This document shows, piece by piece, positions 1-10,769 of a DNA stretch of 64,000 bases. This DNA comes from Candidatus Poribacteria bacterium (GTDB lineage: Bacteria; Poribacteria; WGA-4E; PCPOR2b). The notes beneath the pieces are model-generated. The model was given only the letters and a program-made list of their open reading frames with translations. It searched no databases and was not told the origin of the DNA. A program made the translations under genes and the position numbers. The DNA is taken from assembly GCA_965208325.1 (NCBI GenBank), contig OZ242326.1, positions 960,001 to 1,024,000 on the forward strand. The letters run 5' to 3'. How positions within the stretch are numbered: the stretch's first letter is position 1; the number at the start of each line of letters is the position of its first letter.

Positions 1-102
1 TAAACTGCCTTGGGGGCCGGGTGAACTCGTCTGTAATTCGTAGATAGCAGCGTCGTTAGAGGCAACTATCTTGTCAAATTCAATGTTTCCATCCGAAACC
101 AT
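1..102 (-). CDS. N-terminus of a probable YjhG/YagF-family sugar-acid (D-xylonate) dehydratase, truncated by the window edge
   Basis: Manual translation MVSDGNIEFDKIVASNDAAIYELQTSSPGPQGSL behind an AAGGGGAG RBS; IYELQTSSPGPQGSL resembles the recalled YjhG/YagF N-terminal IYxxxTxxxGPxGxL pattern. Confidence 0.55.
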   Translation of the reverse strand, partial: MVSDGNIEFDKIVASNDAAIYELQTSSPGPQGSL

Positions 103-310
103 GCCATTTCTCCCCTTTTCCTGTTTTTATCTTCAGTTTCATGACGCATTGCATAGGGCAAGATTTCCCCTACATTCTTCACACGCCTTAATGTTAGCAA
201 TTTAAAGTTTGCCGAGGTCAGATCAATTATTGCCGGACCATCAAAGTCTTTGATTCGGGGTTAAGACTATCAGAAGTTTCGCCGCCATGTCAATTCAATA
301 GTCCTTTTGC

Positions 311-339
311 TTGACAATGTTGGATGGTAGTGATAATAT
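311..339 (+). promoter_or_regulatory. sigma70-type promoter upstream of the thrC-like leader
   Basis: TTGACA (311-316), 17-bp spacer, TAATAT (334-339) with an extended -10 TG. Confidence 0.7.
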
Positions 340-572
340 TAAAAAGTTTAGGATCACGGCGGAAATTGAGTGAGGGATTGACCGTGGGCACGAAACGTAT
401 TTACTTGACGTGATTAAAACAAAAAATAATTGATCTTAACAAATTATATAGCGCACCACCCAATCTATCGTCGAGTATTGCTGCCGTATTGTTCCTTCCA
501 ATGCGTTGGAGTGAAAATAGGCAAATTCTGAATTGAAATGACAGTGCTTTTTGATCGTATGTTCCTTTAAAT

Positions 573-608
573 GCCTATTGTCGCATAAGTGATGGTAGGC
601 TTTTTTTT
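573..608 (+). terminator. Intrinsic terminator in the leader of the thrC-like gene (attenuator-like)
   Basis: 12-bp stem GCCTATTGTCGC/GTGATGGTAGGC (with G-U pairs), ATAA loop, T8, ending 24 nt before the ATG. Confidence 0.75.
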
Positions 609-632
609 CACGAACACCAAGAGGAGAGAAAA

Positions 633-1868
633 ATGGAAGAAAAGGTATTGGGATTGAAGTGCCGCGAATGCGATAGGAAATACCCTAAAGAGCCCATTCA
701 CGTTTGCGAATTTTGTTTTGGGCCGCTGGAAGTGGATTACAACTATGAAACAATCCAGAAATCCATTTCACGGAAATCCATTGAACGAGGTCCTGCCAAC
801 CTCTGGCGATATATCGATTTGTTGCCTATCGACGGCGAACCTACCGATGGGTTGAATACCGGATTCACACCGCTGATTCGCGCGAAAAATTTGGAAGCAG
901 CCCTCGGTGTCAGAGAATTGTACGTGAAAGATGACTCCGTGTGCCATCCGACGTTGTCGTTCAAGGACCGGGTGGTTTCTGTGACTCTGAGCAAAGCGAA
1001 AGAGTTCGGGTTTGATACCGTGGCATGCGCCTCGACCGGAAATCTCGCAAACTCTGTCGCAGCGAACGCCGCAGTCGCCAATTTTGACTGTTTCATTTTT
1101 ATCCCGGCCGACCTCGAAATGGCGAAAATCGTTGCATCGCTGGTTTACGTACCGACGGTGGTCGGCATTATGGGAACGTATGACGATGTCAACCGGCTGT
1201 GCAGCGAGATTGCGGGTGTATATCCGTGGGCATTTGCGAACATCAACACCCGCCCATTCTACTCTGAAGGGTCGAAAACTTTCTGTTATGAAATCATTGA
1301 GCAACTCGGTTGGGAAACACCGGATCACATAATTGTACCGGCGGCAGGCGGATCACTTGTCACCAAAGTGGGAAAAGCGCTTAAGGAATTCCACATATTG
1401 GGATTGATTGATGAGCCAAAAACAAAGATTCATGTTGCTCAAGCTGAAGGCTGCGGGCCAATTGTCACAACGCTGAAGGAAAATAGTGATTTCGTCAAAC
1501 CGGTCCGCCAGCCAAATAGCATTGCAAAATCACTCGCAATTGGAAATCCCGCGGACGGCATATATGCGGCTGCTACGGTACGCAATTCAGGCGGGCGAGG
1601 AGAACATACAACTGATGAGGAGATTGTCGACGCAATTAAACTCCTTGCAGCGACCGAAGGCATCTTTACGGAGACGGCGGGCGGCGTCACGCTCGCAGCA
1701 ACACAGAAACTAATTGAGACTGGGCATATAGGGCGGGACGAGTCCATCGTTGTCGGTATTACCGGAAATGGGCTGAAAACTATCGAAGCACTCGACGGTA
1801 AAGTTTCGGAACCGCATGTCATCCAACCTCAACTCAATGCGTTTCGGAAATTGATGAAAACACTATAA
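633..1868 (+). CDS. thrC: Threonine synthase-like fold-type II PLP enzyme with N-terminal Zn ribbon
   Basis: CRECx12CEFC ribbon, PTLSFKDR PLP lysine, ASTGN, PAAGGSL and ITGNGLK motifs; AGGAGA RBS. Exact substrate not certain. Confidence 0.8.
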   Translation: MEEKVLGLKCRECDRKYPKEPIHVCEFCFGPLEVDYNYETIQKSISRKSIERGPANLWRYIDLLPIDGEPTDGLNTGFTPLIRAKNLEAALGVRELYVKDDSVCHPTLSFKDRVVSVTLSKAKEFGFDTVACASTGNLANSVAANAAVANFDCFIFIPADLEMAKIVASLVYVPTVVGIMGTYDDVNRLCSEIAGVYPWAFANINTRPFYSEGSKTFCYEIIEQLGWETPDHIIVPAAGGSLVTKVGKALKEFHILGLIDEPKTKIHVAQAEGCGPIVTTLKENSDFVKPVRQPNSIAKSLAIGNPADGIYAAATVRNSGGRGEHTTDEEIVDAIKLLAATEGIFTETAGGVTLAATQKLIETGHIGRDESIVVGITGNGLKTIEALDGKVSEPHVIQPQLNAFRKLMKTL

Positions 1869-1887
1869 TCCTCAGCCAAACATAGAC

Positions 1888-4146
1888 ATGGAAACGCTTA
1901 ACGGCATTCTAGAACGAATCGTCTTTGAAAATACTGAAACGGGATACGCGATTGCAAGACTTTCCTCGCGCGAATATCCCGGTGAACTAATTACTGTCGT
2001 TGGGCATGTTGCGTCAATCAACGCCGGTGAAAGCCTTCTTCTAAAGGGGTGGTGGGGCAACAATCCGAAATACGGCAGACAGTTTCAGATTGACTCGTAT
2101 GAAACCGTACTGCCTGCGACAATTGTGGGATTGAGAAAGTATCTAGGTTCTGGGTTAATCAAAGGAATTGGGCCCGTGATGGCGGCACGGATTGTGACCC
2201 ATTTTGGCATGGACGCCATGGATGTCATTGAGAAATCGCCCGAGAAGTTAAAGTCGGTTCCCGGTATCGGCAAAAGACGCGTTGATATGATTGCGCGCGC
2301 ATGGGATGCGCAGCGAGAAATTAAGAACGTGATGCTGTTTTTGCAGTCTCATAACGTGAGTACCGCCCATGCTGCCAAAATTTACAAGACTTACGAGAAT
2401 GATTCCATTCCCATTGTCCGTGAAAATCCTTACCGGCTTGCCGATGACATCTACGGTATCGGATTCAAAACTGCGGATACAATCGCCCAAAAGCTCGGCG
2501 TAGACTCGGAATCTGCCAATCGGGTCAAGGCTGGAATCAAATATGTGCTGAGCGAAAAAGCCGATGATGGCCACGTGTTCTTGTATAACGACGAATTAAT
2601 CGCAGCGTGCCAAGACATGCTCAATCTATCAACCGATGCCATTGAGGGTGCAATCACAGAACTTACCGAGAATAAGGAACTCATTTCGGAATATATAACG
2701 TCGTTCGATTCTAATGAAAACCGGAAAATTATCTATCTTGCGCCATTTTATTATGCGGAAATCGGCGTCGCCAATCGATTGATCAAGCTACTCAACAAGG
2801 ATGCGCCCCTGCCGGATCTTGGCTTTGTTGATTCTTCCCTAAATCAGATTGAAAATAGTATGGGCATGCGATTTGATGAAAATCAGCGGGTTGCCATCAA
2901 AACAGCGCTAACGAGTCGAGTTACTATTTTGACGGGGGGACCAGGCACGGGAAAAACGACGACGACTATAGGGATGCTTCGTCTGTTTGAAGCTCTTGGG
3001 ATGGAAGTTATGCTAACCGCCCCCACTGGACGTGCAGCGAAACGCCTGAGTGAAACAACTGGACGTGATGCAAAAACCATCCATCGCCTGCTGGAGTTCT
3101 CACCGCAAGGAAATGGATTCAAACGCGATTGGAACAATCCTCTAGAGACGGATGTTGTGATTATTGATGAGATGTCAATGGTCGATTTAGTGTTGATGAA
3201 TAGTCTCATGAGAGCAGTACCTGCGGACACAATTTTGATTATGATTGGAGATGTGGATCAATTGCCATCAGTCGGCGCGGGCAATGTGTTGAAAGATTTG
3301 ATTGCCTCCGGACGGATTTCTACCGTGAGGTTGACCAAGATTTTCCGCCAGGCGCAACAGAGCATGATTGTCACGAATGCGCATCGTGTGAATCGAGGTG
3401 AATTCCCGAAAATTGCGGGACCGCCGGACCGAGATTTTTTCTTCATTGAGGAAGAAGATCCAGAGACCGCAGTTGAAGTCATCTGCGACCTTGTACACCG
3501 GCGATTGCCCGAACACTACGACTATCACCCAATGGACGACATTCAGGTGTTGTGCCCAATGCGCCGCGGCGTAATTGGATCAGAGAACTTCAATAAACGG
3601 TTGCAAGAGAAGCTCAACGGAAATCCTGACGGGGTCATTCGAGGCGGCCGATCTTTTCGGAGCGGGGACAAGGTGATGCAGGTTCGCAATAATTACGATT
3701 ACGGGGTTTTCAATGGGGACATTGGAAGAATTACGCACGTAGATAACGTTGAGCGGCTGGTAACTATCACATATCCCGATAAGGCCGTCTCCTATGACAT
3801 GGCAGATCTGAACGAATTAGTGCTTGCATATGGCATCACCGTCCACAAATCTCAAGGCAGCGAGTATCCGGTTGTTATCATCCCGCTTATGACACAGCAT
3901 TACATGATGCTGCAGCGAAACCTGCTTTACACCGCAATCACCCGGGCTAAAGAACACGTTTTGGTTGTCGGGACGAAGAGAGCACTCGGGATAGCGATAC
4001 GAAATAACAGAGTTTCCGAACGAAATTCGTATCTCTCAGAACGACTTCAAGCAACGCTCCGACAGAAATCGGAAATCCCCGAGAGTTACCTAGAAATCAA
4101 CGGCGGATTCCCTCCGAATATCCATGTGCCAGACCATTCCCTGTAA
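1888..4146 (+). CDS. recD2: RecD2-like ATP-dependent SF1B helicase
   Basis: HhH repeats (IKGIGP, VPGIG), Walker A GGPGTGKT, DEMSM, IGDVDQLPSVG, TVHKSQGSE, YTAITRA. Confidence 0.92.
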   Translation: METLNGILERIVFENTETGYAIARLSSREYPGELITVVGHVASINAGESLLLKGWWGNNPKYGRQFQIDSYETVLPATIVGLRKYLGSGLIKGIGPVMAARIVTHFGMDAMDVIEKSPEKLKSVPGIGKRRVDMIARAWDAQREIKNVMLFLQSHNVSTAHAAKIYKTYENDSIPIVRENPYRLADDIYGIGFKTADTIAQKLGVDSESANRVKAGIKYVLSEKADDGHVFLYNDELIAACQDMLNLSTDAIEGAITELTENKELISEYITSFDSNENRKIIYLAPFYYAEIGVANRLIKLLNKDAPLPDLGFVDSSLNQIENSMGMRFDENQRVAIKTALTSRVTILTGGPGTGKTTTTIGMLRLFEALGMEVMLTAPTGRAAKRLSETTGRDAKTIHRLLEFSPQGNGFKRDWNNPLETDVVIIDEMSMVDLVLMNSLMRAVPADTILIMIGDVDQLPSVGAGNVLKDLIASGRISTVRLTKIFRQAQQSMIVTNAHRVNRGEFPKIAGPPDRDFFFIEEEDPETAVEVICDLVHRRLPEHYDYHPMDDIQVLCPMRRGVIGSENFNKRLQEKLNGNPDGVIRGGRSFRSGDKVMQVRNNYDYGVFNGDIGRITHVDNVERLVTITYPDKAVSYDMADLNELVLAYGITVHKSQGSEYPVVIIPLMTQHYMMLQRNLLYTAITRAKEHVLVVGTKRALGIAIRNNRVSERNSYLSERLQATLRQKSEIPESYLEINGGFPPNIHVPDHSL

Positions 4147-4292
4147 TTTTTTAGGACTTCCCCATTGCCACCAATTTTTCAGGTTATCGTTGCCATGAAG
4201 CCCGAATTTGGCATATAACGCCTTTGTTGAGAGCCAAGTTTCTCGGAGGGTTTGCCGCACTTGAGATTCAAAATTAAAACTTGGAGATTTTC

Positions 4293-5681
4293 ATGAGCAA
4301 TAACAACCCATATTTACAAATTGACCGCCAAATGGTCGGTGACATCTATACATCGCGCGAAGTGATGGACAATCTCACGGTACTGTGCGACGATTTCGGC
4401 TCGCGTTTCGCAGGGACACCAGAGGAACGGAAGGCTGCCGAGTTCATTGCGGAGACATTTGGACGCTATGGACTTAACGATGTGCGGTTAGAATCCTACC
4501 CTTATGCGGGCTGGTCTCGCGGGGGAGGTACACTTGAAGTTGTCGAGCCGATTCAGAAGCCGCTGCATTACATCTCATTACCGTACTGCCCTGCAAGCGA
4601 CGTAACGGGAAAACTGGTGTCAGTCGGTTACGGTAGTCCGGAAGAGTATGACCGATTAGGCGAGAACATGACAGGCAATATCGTTTTGGCGGGTAGTGCG
4701 TCGAAACCCGGTTTGGGCAGATGGGTGCATCGAAAGGAAAAATATGAGCGCGCCGTACTCGGGGGCGCAAGTGCCTTCATCTTCGTCAGCGAGCACCCGG
4801 GGGTCGGCCCGGAAACAGGCAGCTTGCAAGACGACTGTGCTGCGCCAATCCCGGGTGTTTCAGTTTGTAAGGAAGACGGCGAATTTCTCCAGCGGCTGAT
4901 GGCTCGAAACAGCGGTGTACAACTGCGAATCTCCACAACCGACATCAACGAGACGCGAACATCTTGGAACATCATTGCAGACCTGCCCGGAACGGAAATC
5001 CCGGACGAGATGGTAGTTCTTGGTTGCCACTACGACGGGCACGACATCTCACAGGGCGCTGTGGATCCGGCATCTGGCATGGTGCTTGTAATGGAAGCTG
5101 CGCGCGTGCTGGCACAGTATGCCGCAAGTCGGATTAAGCGAACGGTGCGGTTTATCGCCTTCGGTACGGAAGAAATTGGACTCACTGGCTCCTTCCGATA
5201 CGTGGACGCTCATGTTAGCGAACTAGACAACTTACGGTTTGTTTTCAACCTTGATGCGGCTGGCGGCTCAAGCCGGAAAGGGGTTGTGCTGCATCGGTGG
5301 CTGGAGTTGGAACCGTTCTTTCACCGCGCCGCAAAAGAGATGGCGGCTGAAATGCCTGTTGGCCAAAATGTGCATCCATACTCCGACCACTTTCCCTTTT
5401 TCCTAAAAGGTGTGCCGACCGCTCATATGGGCGATCCGGAATCCGCACCGTCAGGCAGAGGATTCGGACACACTGCGTACGACACCCTTGACAAGGTCGA
5501 ACTTGTAAACCTTCGCACGGGGAGTTCAATTGCTGCCCGATTGGCGTTACGGATAGCTGACACCCAGGAATTTCCTGCTCAACGCCGCAGTATCAATGCA
5601 GTGGAGGAGTTGCTCGACACCGATACCGGTATGGAAGGCTACCGTGTCGCGGCGGCGTTAAAGAAGCACTTGCAGCCATAA
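4293..5681 (+). CDS. M28 family metallopeptidase with PA domain
   Basis: GCHYDGHD, GAVDPASG, GTEEIGL, NLD, SDH and HTxxDT metal/catalytic motifs; ATG at 4293 preferred over TTG 4281. Confidence 0.85.
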   Translation: MSNNNPYLQIDRQMVGDIYTSREVMDNLTVLCDDFGSRFAGTPEERKAAEFIAETFGRYGLNDVRLESYPYAGWSRGGGTLEVVEPIQKPLHYISLPYCPASDVTGKLVSVGYGSPEEYDRLGENMTGNIVLAGSASKPGLGRWVHRKEKYERAVLGGASAFIFVSEHPGVGPETGSLQDDCAAPIPGVSVCKEDGEFLQRLMARNSGVQLRISTTDINETRTSWNIIADLPGTEIPDEMVVLGCHYDGHDISQGAVDPASGMVLVMEAARVLAQYAASRIKRTVRFIAFGTEEIGLTGSFRYVDAHVSELDNLRFVFNLDAAGGSSRKGVVLHRWLELEPFFHRAAKEMAAEMPVGQNVHPYSDHFPFFLKGVPTAHMGDPESAPSGRGFGHTAYDTLDKVELVNLRTGSSIAARLALRIADTQEFPAQRRSINAVEELLDTDTGMEGYRVAAALKKHLQP

Positions 5682-5748
5682 TTGATTAAAACTCGAAAAT
5701 TCTACTCCAAAGGGACATGCAACTGTTAATCAGAAAGACCACAAAATT

Positions 5749-6762
5749 ATGACGAAAACAGAATCCGTCCAAACAGCGTTCATCGGGTGCGGCGATATGG
5801 GGCGCCACCACATTCGAGCCATGTTGCGGCAGCTGGACACAACCCGCATCACCGTGGTCTGTGAACCATCACAGGCGGCTTACGAATTGACGAAAGACCT
5901 ATTCAAACGCGCGAATCTGGCGCCGCCGCCAAATCAACCGGACCTTGATCGGCTTCTAGCGGACTATGGTAATCGCCTTGATGCGGCCTTTATTGTTACG
6001 CCGCACGCGTATCACCACAATCAGGCAGAGGCTTGCATGGAGTCCGGGCTTGATGTGTTGGTCGAGAAACCGATGGTAGTATCCGCCGCGGAAGCGAAGA
6101 GCCTAATTGACACCCGAGATCGTACAGGGAAGCTGCTAGTCGTGGCTTTTCCTGGCAGCCTTTCACCGCAAATCCGCACCGCTGTCACGATGCTTCGATC
6201 GGGACAGCTAGGTCAAATATTGACCATCAGCGCGATTGCTTGGCAAAATTGGCGTACCGCTTTTGCCAAAACATGGAGGCAACAGCCTGACGTTTCAGGC
6301 GGCGGCTTTCTTTTCGACACGGGAGCGCACATGTTGAATACCGTCGTTGATTTGGCCGGTGAGGATTTCGTGGAAGTTGCTGCTTGGTTTGACAACCGTG
6401 ATTTAGCCGTAGACGTACTGGGAACGGTGATGGGGAGGTTAGCGTCCGGTGTACTAGTCACGCTGCACGGCTGCGGAGAGACCATTCCCTCATGTGCATC
6501 CGATGTGCGTGTTTTTTGCCCAAACGGTATTCTGCGCACCGGCATCTGGGGCGAGCGTTTAGAGGTTCAATATCCCAGTCAGGAACAACCCAGTGCGGTG
6601 GAAGTGCCCCCTTCTCAAGGGCCATGGGAGCAATTTTTGGCTGTCCGTAATGGTCAGATGCCTAATCCCTGCCCGCCCGAGGTAGGTTTGCGCATGGCCC
6701 ACCTTTGGGATGCCATTAGGGCGTCCGCATCGCAAAATGGGATGTTCGTACGTTGCGGCTGA
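5749..6762 (+). CDS. Gfo/Idh/MocA family oxidoreductase
   Basis: IGCGDMG Rossmann, [18 protein letters not shown]. Confidence 0.88.
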   Translation: MTKTESVQTAFIGCGDMGRHHIRAMLRQLDTTRITVVCEPSQAAYELTKDLFKRANLAPPPNQPDLDRLLADYGNRLDAAFIVTPHAYHHNQAEACMESGLDVLVEKPMVVSAAEAKSLIDTRDRTGKLLVVAFPGSLSPQIRTAVTMLRSGQLGQILTISAIAWQNWRTAFAKTWRQQPDVSGGGFLFDTGAHMLNTVVDLAGEDFVEVAAWFDNRDLAVDVLGTVMGRLASGVLVTLHGCGETIPSCASDVRVFCPNGILRTGIWGERLEVQYPSQEQPSAVEVPPSQGPWEQFLAVRNGQMPNPCPPEVGLRMAHLWDAIRASASQNGMFVRCG

Positions 6763-6913
6763 ACCGGAAGGCATTTGAACTAACACCTGAATAAAAGGAA
6801 GCTACAATCCTTACACGTTAGTAACTCACTGCTTTCGATGGATAAGTTGTATCAAACTCCCTGAATTCCCGCTTCGACTACTATCCAACGCTAAAAGATG
6901 AAGGGGTGATAGT

Positions 6914-7255
6914 ATGAAAGAGAAATTACCAGATTTCCTAGAAAGGGTGATTGCAGAATATCCCGATGTGTGGAAATCCTACCAAAATCTGGGCGAATCC
7001 TGCCACAACGCTGGGCCCCTTGATGAAAAAACAACGCGATTAGTCAAACTCGCTCTGGCAATTGGCGCGAAATCAGAAGGCGCCGTACATTCGCATACAC
7101 GCCGCGCGTTAAAGTCCGGAATAACTCGCGAGGAACTGCAACAGGTGGCTCTGCTTGCGATAACATCCGCCGGCTGGTCTCCGAGCATGGCTGCGCTTTC
7201 GTGGATTCAAGATGTCATAGACAGCAGCGAAGTGGAAATGGAAACTGTTCAGTAA
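6914..7255 (+). CDS. Carboxymuconolactone decarboxylase (AhpD/CMD) family protein
   Basis: GPLDEKTTRLVKLALAIG...HTRRALKSGITREEL pattern. Confidence 0.8.
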   Translation: MKEKLPDFLERVIAEYPDVWKSYQNLGESCHNAGPLDEKTTRLVKLALAIGAKSEGAVHSHTRRALKSGITREELQQVALLAITSAGWSPSMAALSWIQDVIDSSEVEMETVQ

Positions 7256-7320
7256 ACCGGAACGGAATACCTTTTTGGTGAGCAGTGTGTAGCGAGTTTA
7301 ATGGGCAGGTGTGTATGTTG

Positions 7321-8835
7321 CTAAGATTCTAACTTTATCCTTAGCCCTTTTGATACAACGCCGCGTTCCGCCAATTCAAACAACCCTTGAACGAGAAGCG
7401 CTAATACAGCCGCGGGGACGGCGCCTTCAAGTATGAGTCCGATATCGTCTTTGCGGATTCCGGTTAGAATTGGTTGTCCGAATCCTCCCGCGCCAATTAA
7501 CGCGCCGAGGGTTGCGAAACCCACGTTTATGACAGCAGAAGTCTTGATGCCTGCGAGGATTGCCCGCGATGCCATCGGTAGTTCAACAAGCCAAAGACGG
7601 CTAAGCGGCGGCAGCCCGAGGGCTGATGCAGATTCTCGGACTGGGGAGGGGATGTCATGGAGCCCGGCATATGTGTTCCGAATAATTGGGAGCAGACTAT
7701 ACAAAAAGAGCGCAGCAATCGCCGGCGGGGCTTTAATGCCTAAGAGCGGAATCATAAAGACGAGCAGTGCAAGTGCCGGAATGGTCTGGATAATGCCGGC
7801 GATTCCTAAAATAGCTTGTCCAACCCGTCCATGACGTGCTGCTAATATGCCCAGAGGAATAGATATAAGAATTGCCGGCGTAAGTGAAATACATACAAGG
7901 AAGAGGTGGGCTAGTGTATTTTTGAGCAAGCGTTCAAGCATTGTTTCATCGTATACTTGAGTTTCAAGCGAAAGGAAGGCCGCCAGGAAGTCAGCTGCAA
8001 CACGATTTTCAGGAACTTTGTCTAATTTCGCACGGGCATTCATTTTGACCATTTGCGCTTCGGGGATAAAGTCCTCCAGCTTTAGCAGCGCAGACACGAC
8101 TTTCGGTGCCCTTACTTCCAAATCGTCCCGATACAGCAGCACCGCATAGTATTTGGGGAAAAGGTTTTCATCGTCCTCCAAAACCCTCAAGTTATAATAC
8201 TGAATTTCTGCGTCCGTCGAATATAGGTCTGTCGCGTGGATTGAGCCGCTCTCCAGTCCGCGGTATGCGAGATCGTGGTCGAGGCCCCGCACGTCCTGAT
8301 GAGGCAAGCTATAACGATGGCGTAGGGCGGGCCAACCGTCGGAACGGTCCATGAATTCACTTGTGAATCCAAACTGAAAGTCAGGATGACGCCGTAAATC
8401 TGAAATTTTAGTGACATTGTGCTCTGCTGCCACCCTCTCTTTCATACCAATTGCGTACGTGTTGTTAAAACCGAGGGGGCGGCTCATGCGGATCCCTTTC
8501 GCTTCAAGTGCATCTCGAATCTCTTCTTCACTGCTTAACCCCGTGCCTGAAAGAATTTCGTGGCTAATAGTCCCGGTATATTCAGGATAAACGTCAATGT
8601 CCCCCCGCAGCAACGCCTTCCACAACACCTGTGTCCCGCCCAATTCTTTTTCATGCACGGCTTTAGCCCCGGCACTCTGCGTCAACAACGCAAAGAGTTC
8701 ACCGAGAATAACCGATTCGGTGAATTTCTTTGAACCGACCTTTACCTCTGTCATCTGCCTGGTATTTTGGCATGCATTCAACATCAGTACAGTCCAAACA
8801 GCCGCAAGGAGTGGAATCAATTGCCGCAATCTCAT
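7321..8835 (-). CDS. Fused substrate-binding/permease subunit of a quaternary-ammonium (glycine betaine/ergothioneine-type) ABC importer
   Basis: Lipobox LNAC, VGSKKFTES, YPEYTGT, GFNNTY binding domain, then TIPALAL and EAA-loop permease. Confidence 0.88.
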   Translation of the reverse strand: MRLRQLIPLLAAVWTVLMLNACQNTRQMTEVKVGSKKFTESVILGELFALLTQSAGAKAVHEKELGGTQVLWKALLRGDIDVYPEYTGTISHEILSGTGLSSEEEIRDALEAKGIRMSRPLGFNNTYAIGMKERVAAEHNVTKISDLRRHPDFQFGFTSEFMDRSDGWPALRHRYSLPHQDVRGLDHDLAYRGLESGSIHATDLYSTDAEIQYYNLRVLEDDENLFPKYYAVLLYRDDLEVRAPKVVSALLKLEDFIPEAQMVKMNARAKLDKVPENRVAADFLAAFLSLETQVYDETMLERLLKNTLAHLFLVCISLTPAILISIPLGILAARHGRVGQAILGIAGIIQTIPALALLVFMIPLLGIKAPPAIAALFLYSLLPIIRNTYAGLHDIPSPVRESASALGLPPLSRLWLVELPMASRAILAGIKTSAVINVGFATLGALIGAGGFGQPILTGIRKDDIGLILEGAVPAAVLALLVQGLFELAERGVVSKGLRIKLES

Positions 8836-9584
8836 CGGGGTGCTCCCTCAAAAATTTCCAGCGGGTGACGCTGCGCGTTGATAAAACGTACTACGAATTC
8901 GTTTTCGGGCGAGGAATACAGTTGCTCCAACGTTCCCCGTTGGACGATTCGCCCCTCACGCATGAGGATAATATCTCGACTGAAGAACCCGGCTTCACCT
9001 ATATCGTGCGTTACCATCACTACGGTTTTGCCAAGTGTTTGGAAAATTTCGGCGAGATCGGTCTGAAGCGATGCACGAACCATTGGATCTAGCGCACCAA
9101 GCGGCTCATCCAGCAACAAGACTTCAGGGTCTAACATTAACGCGCGCATTAAGCTTACACGTTGCTGCTGTCCACCGGAAAGTTCGACGGGGTATCGGCT
9201 CAAACCGTCTTCGGGAAAATGGGTCAGCGAGCAAAGTTTCTCTAATCGGTACTGAATTTCTTCCGCAGACTGATTTATATGCTTTGCCATGAGCGCAACA
9301 TTCTGTGCAGCGGTCAGGTGTGGAAACAGGCCGCCATCTTGGATGACGTAACCCATACGGCGGCGCAGTTCAAGAATGTTAGCGGGCGAAACTAGCTCAC
9401 CGTTAAGCTGGACGTATCCAGTTGTGGGTTCCAGCAAGCCGACAATCAACCTCAGAATCGTAGATTTTCCGCAGCCGCTCGGTCCGATGAGTACGGTTGT
9501 CTGCCCCTCTTTGATGTTGAGATCGGTCGGGTGGAGCGCAACCACAGCTCCAAAATGCTTACTGATGTTTTTCAACTGAATCAT
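8832..9584 (-). CDS. ABC ATPase of the same importer
   Basis: GPSGCGKS, LSGGQQQR, LLLDEP, VTHD; 4-bp overlaps with both neighbours. Confidence 0.9.
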   Translation of the reverse strand: MIQLKNISKHFGAVVALHPTDLNIKEGQTTVLIGPSGCGKSTILRLIVGLLEPTTGYVQLNGELVSPANILELRRRMGYVIQDGGLFPHLTAAQNVALMAKHINQSAEEIQYRLEKLCSLTHFPEDGLSRYPVELSGGQQQRVSLMRALMLDPEVLLLDEPLGALDPMVRASLQTDLAEIFQTLGKTVVMVTHDIGEAGFFSRDIILMREGRIVQRGTLEQLYSSPENEFVVRFINAQRHPLEIFEGAPR

Positions 9585-10591
9585 GATGAATCCCTAAATA
9601 AACTTGTTTTCTGAAGTAAGGCGATAGCGAACCAAGCATTTTTATCCAGCCACTGCGCATGCATTTCCAGCCCGGCAGCGCGGCAAATGCCTACAAAACT
9701 TTCGATTGTATATTTGTGGCTATTCTCCGTATGGATGAACTCATCGGACTCAAAATGGAACACCCGTTCGGACGTATCGATATACGCAGTCTGATGCCGC
9801 CGACTGATAAGACGCATCTCAATGCGGCTTTGTGTTCCAACAAACGGCGCGGCATGCTCAAAGTCATCAATGACAAAGGTACCTCCTAACTCGCGGTTAA
9901 TTCGCACCAACACGTTCTTGTTGAATGCGGCGGTTACACCAGCGGAATCGTTGTAGGCGGCCTCAATGATGCCGCGATCTTTCAACAGATCAAAACCGAC
10001 TAACAGCCTATCTTCTTGATTCATCTGATTAGCGATTCGCCCCAAGAATGCAACCGCTTCCCTCGTTCCAAAATTCCCAATATTGCTCCCGAGAAACAGG
10101 ATGAGTCGAGGGCCTTCGTGGTGAGGCAAGATTGGGATGGCGTCGTTGTATTCTGCTGCAATGGCAGTTATCGACAATCGTCCGTACTCATTCAGAAGGG
10201 AAAAGGAAGCTGCACGGAGGAAATCCGAGGAAATGTCAACAGAAGTATAGTGAAGATTCTTCTGACAATTGAGGGCAGCGTTGATGAAGAGGCGCGTTTT
10301 GATGGAACTCCCGCTGCCAAATTCCACTAGCGCCAAGTTTTGCCCCACCGTATCAATCATCTCGGAGACATTGTCTTCCAAAATTTTCTGTTCGGTTCGT
10401 GTGAGGTAGTATTCCGGAAGCTTGCATATCTGCTCGAAAAGGTGGGAACCAGCCGCGTCGTAAAATAGGCGGCAAGGTAGGATTTTTTGCGGCTGCGAAA
10501 GCCCTTCAACAACCGCGTTGGTGAAATTCCTTTCCTCCTGATCTCTTGGCAGTTCAATAAAGTTGACTCCAGAGATCATATATTTTCTCAT
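9581..10591 (-). CDS. egtD: L-histidine N-alpha-methyltransferase (EgtD/EasF family)
   Basis: FYDxxGSxLFEQICxLPEYYLTRTE, EFGSGSS, FLGSNIGN, AYND, IEM and TENS motifs. Confidence 0.88.
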   Translation of the reverse strand: MRKYMISGVNFIELPRDQEERNFTNAVVEGLSQPQKILPCRLFYDAAGSHLFEQICKLPEYYLTRTEQKILEDNVSEMIDTVGQNLALVEFGSGSSIKTRLFINAALNCQKNLHYTSVDISSDFLRAASFSLLNEYGRLSITAIAAEYNDAIPILPHHEGPRLILFLGSNIGNFGTREAVAFLGRIANQMNQEDRLLVGFDLLKDRGIIEAAYNDSAGVTAAFNKNVLVRINRELGGTFVIDDFEHAAPFVGTQSRIEMRLISRRHQTAYIDTSERVFHFESDEFIHTENSHKYTIESFVGICRAAGLEMHAQWLDKNAWFAIALLQKTSLFRDSS

Positions 10592-10769
10592 ATTCCATTC
10601 TCCGAAATCAGCGATAGCTGGCGCAACTCTACACTCCCGGCGACCTCATGATAGTTGGGTGAGGGTATTTACCTACGAGAATCGGCTGGAATTATGCAGC
10701 TCACGACCCGTTAAGCCAAGCGCAGAACCGTTGTTACGAAATAAAATCTCTATGGCGCAATCCGATCAC

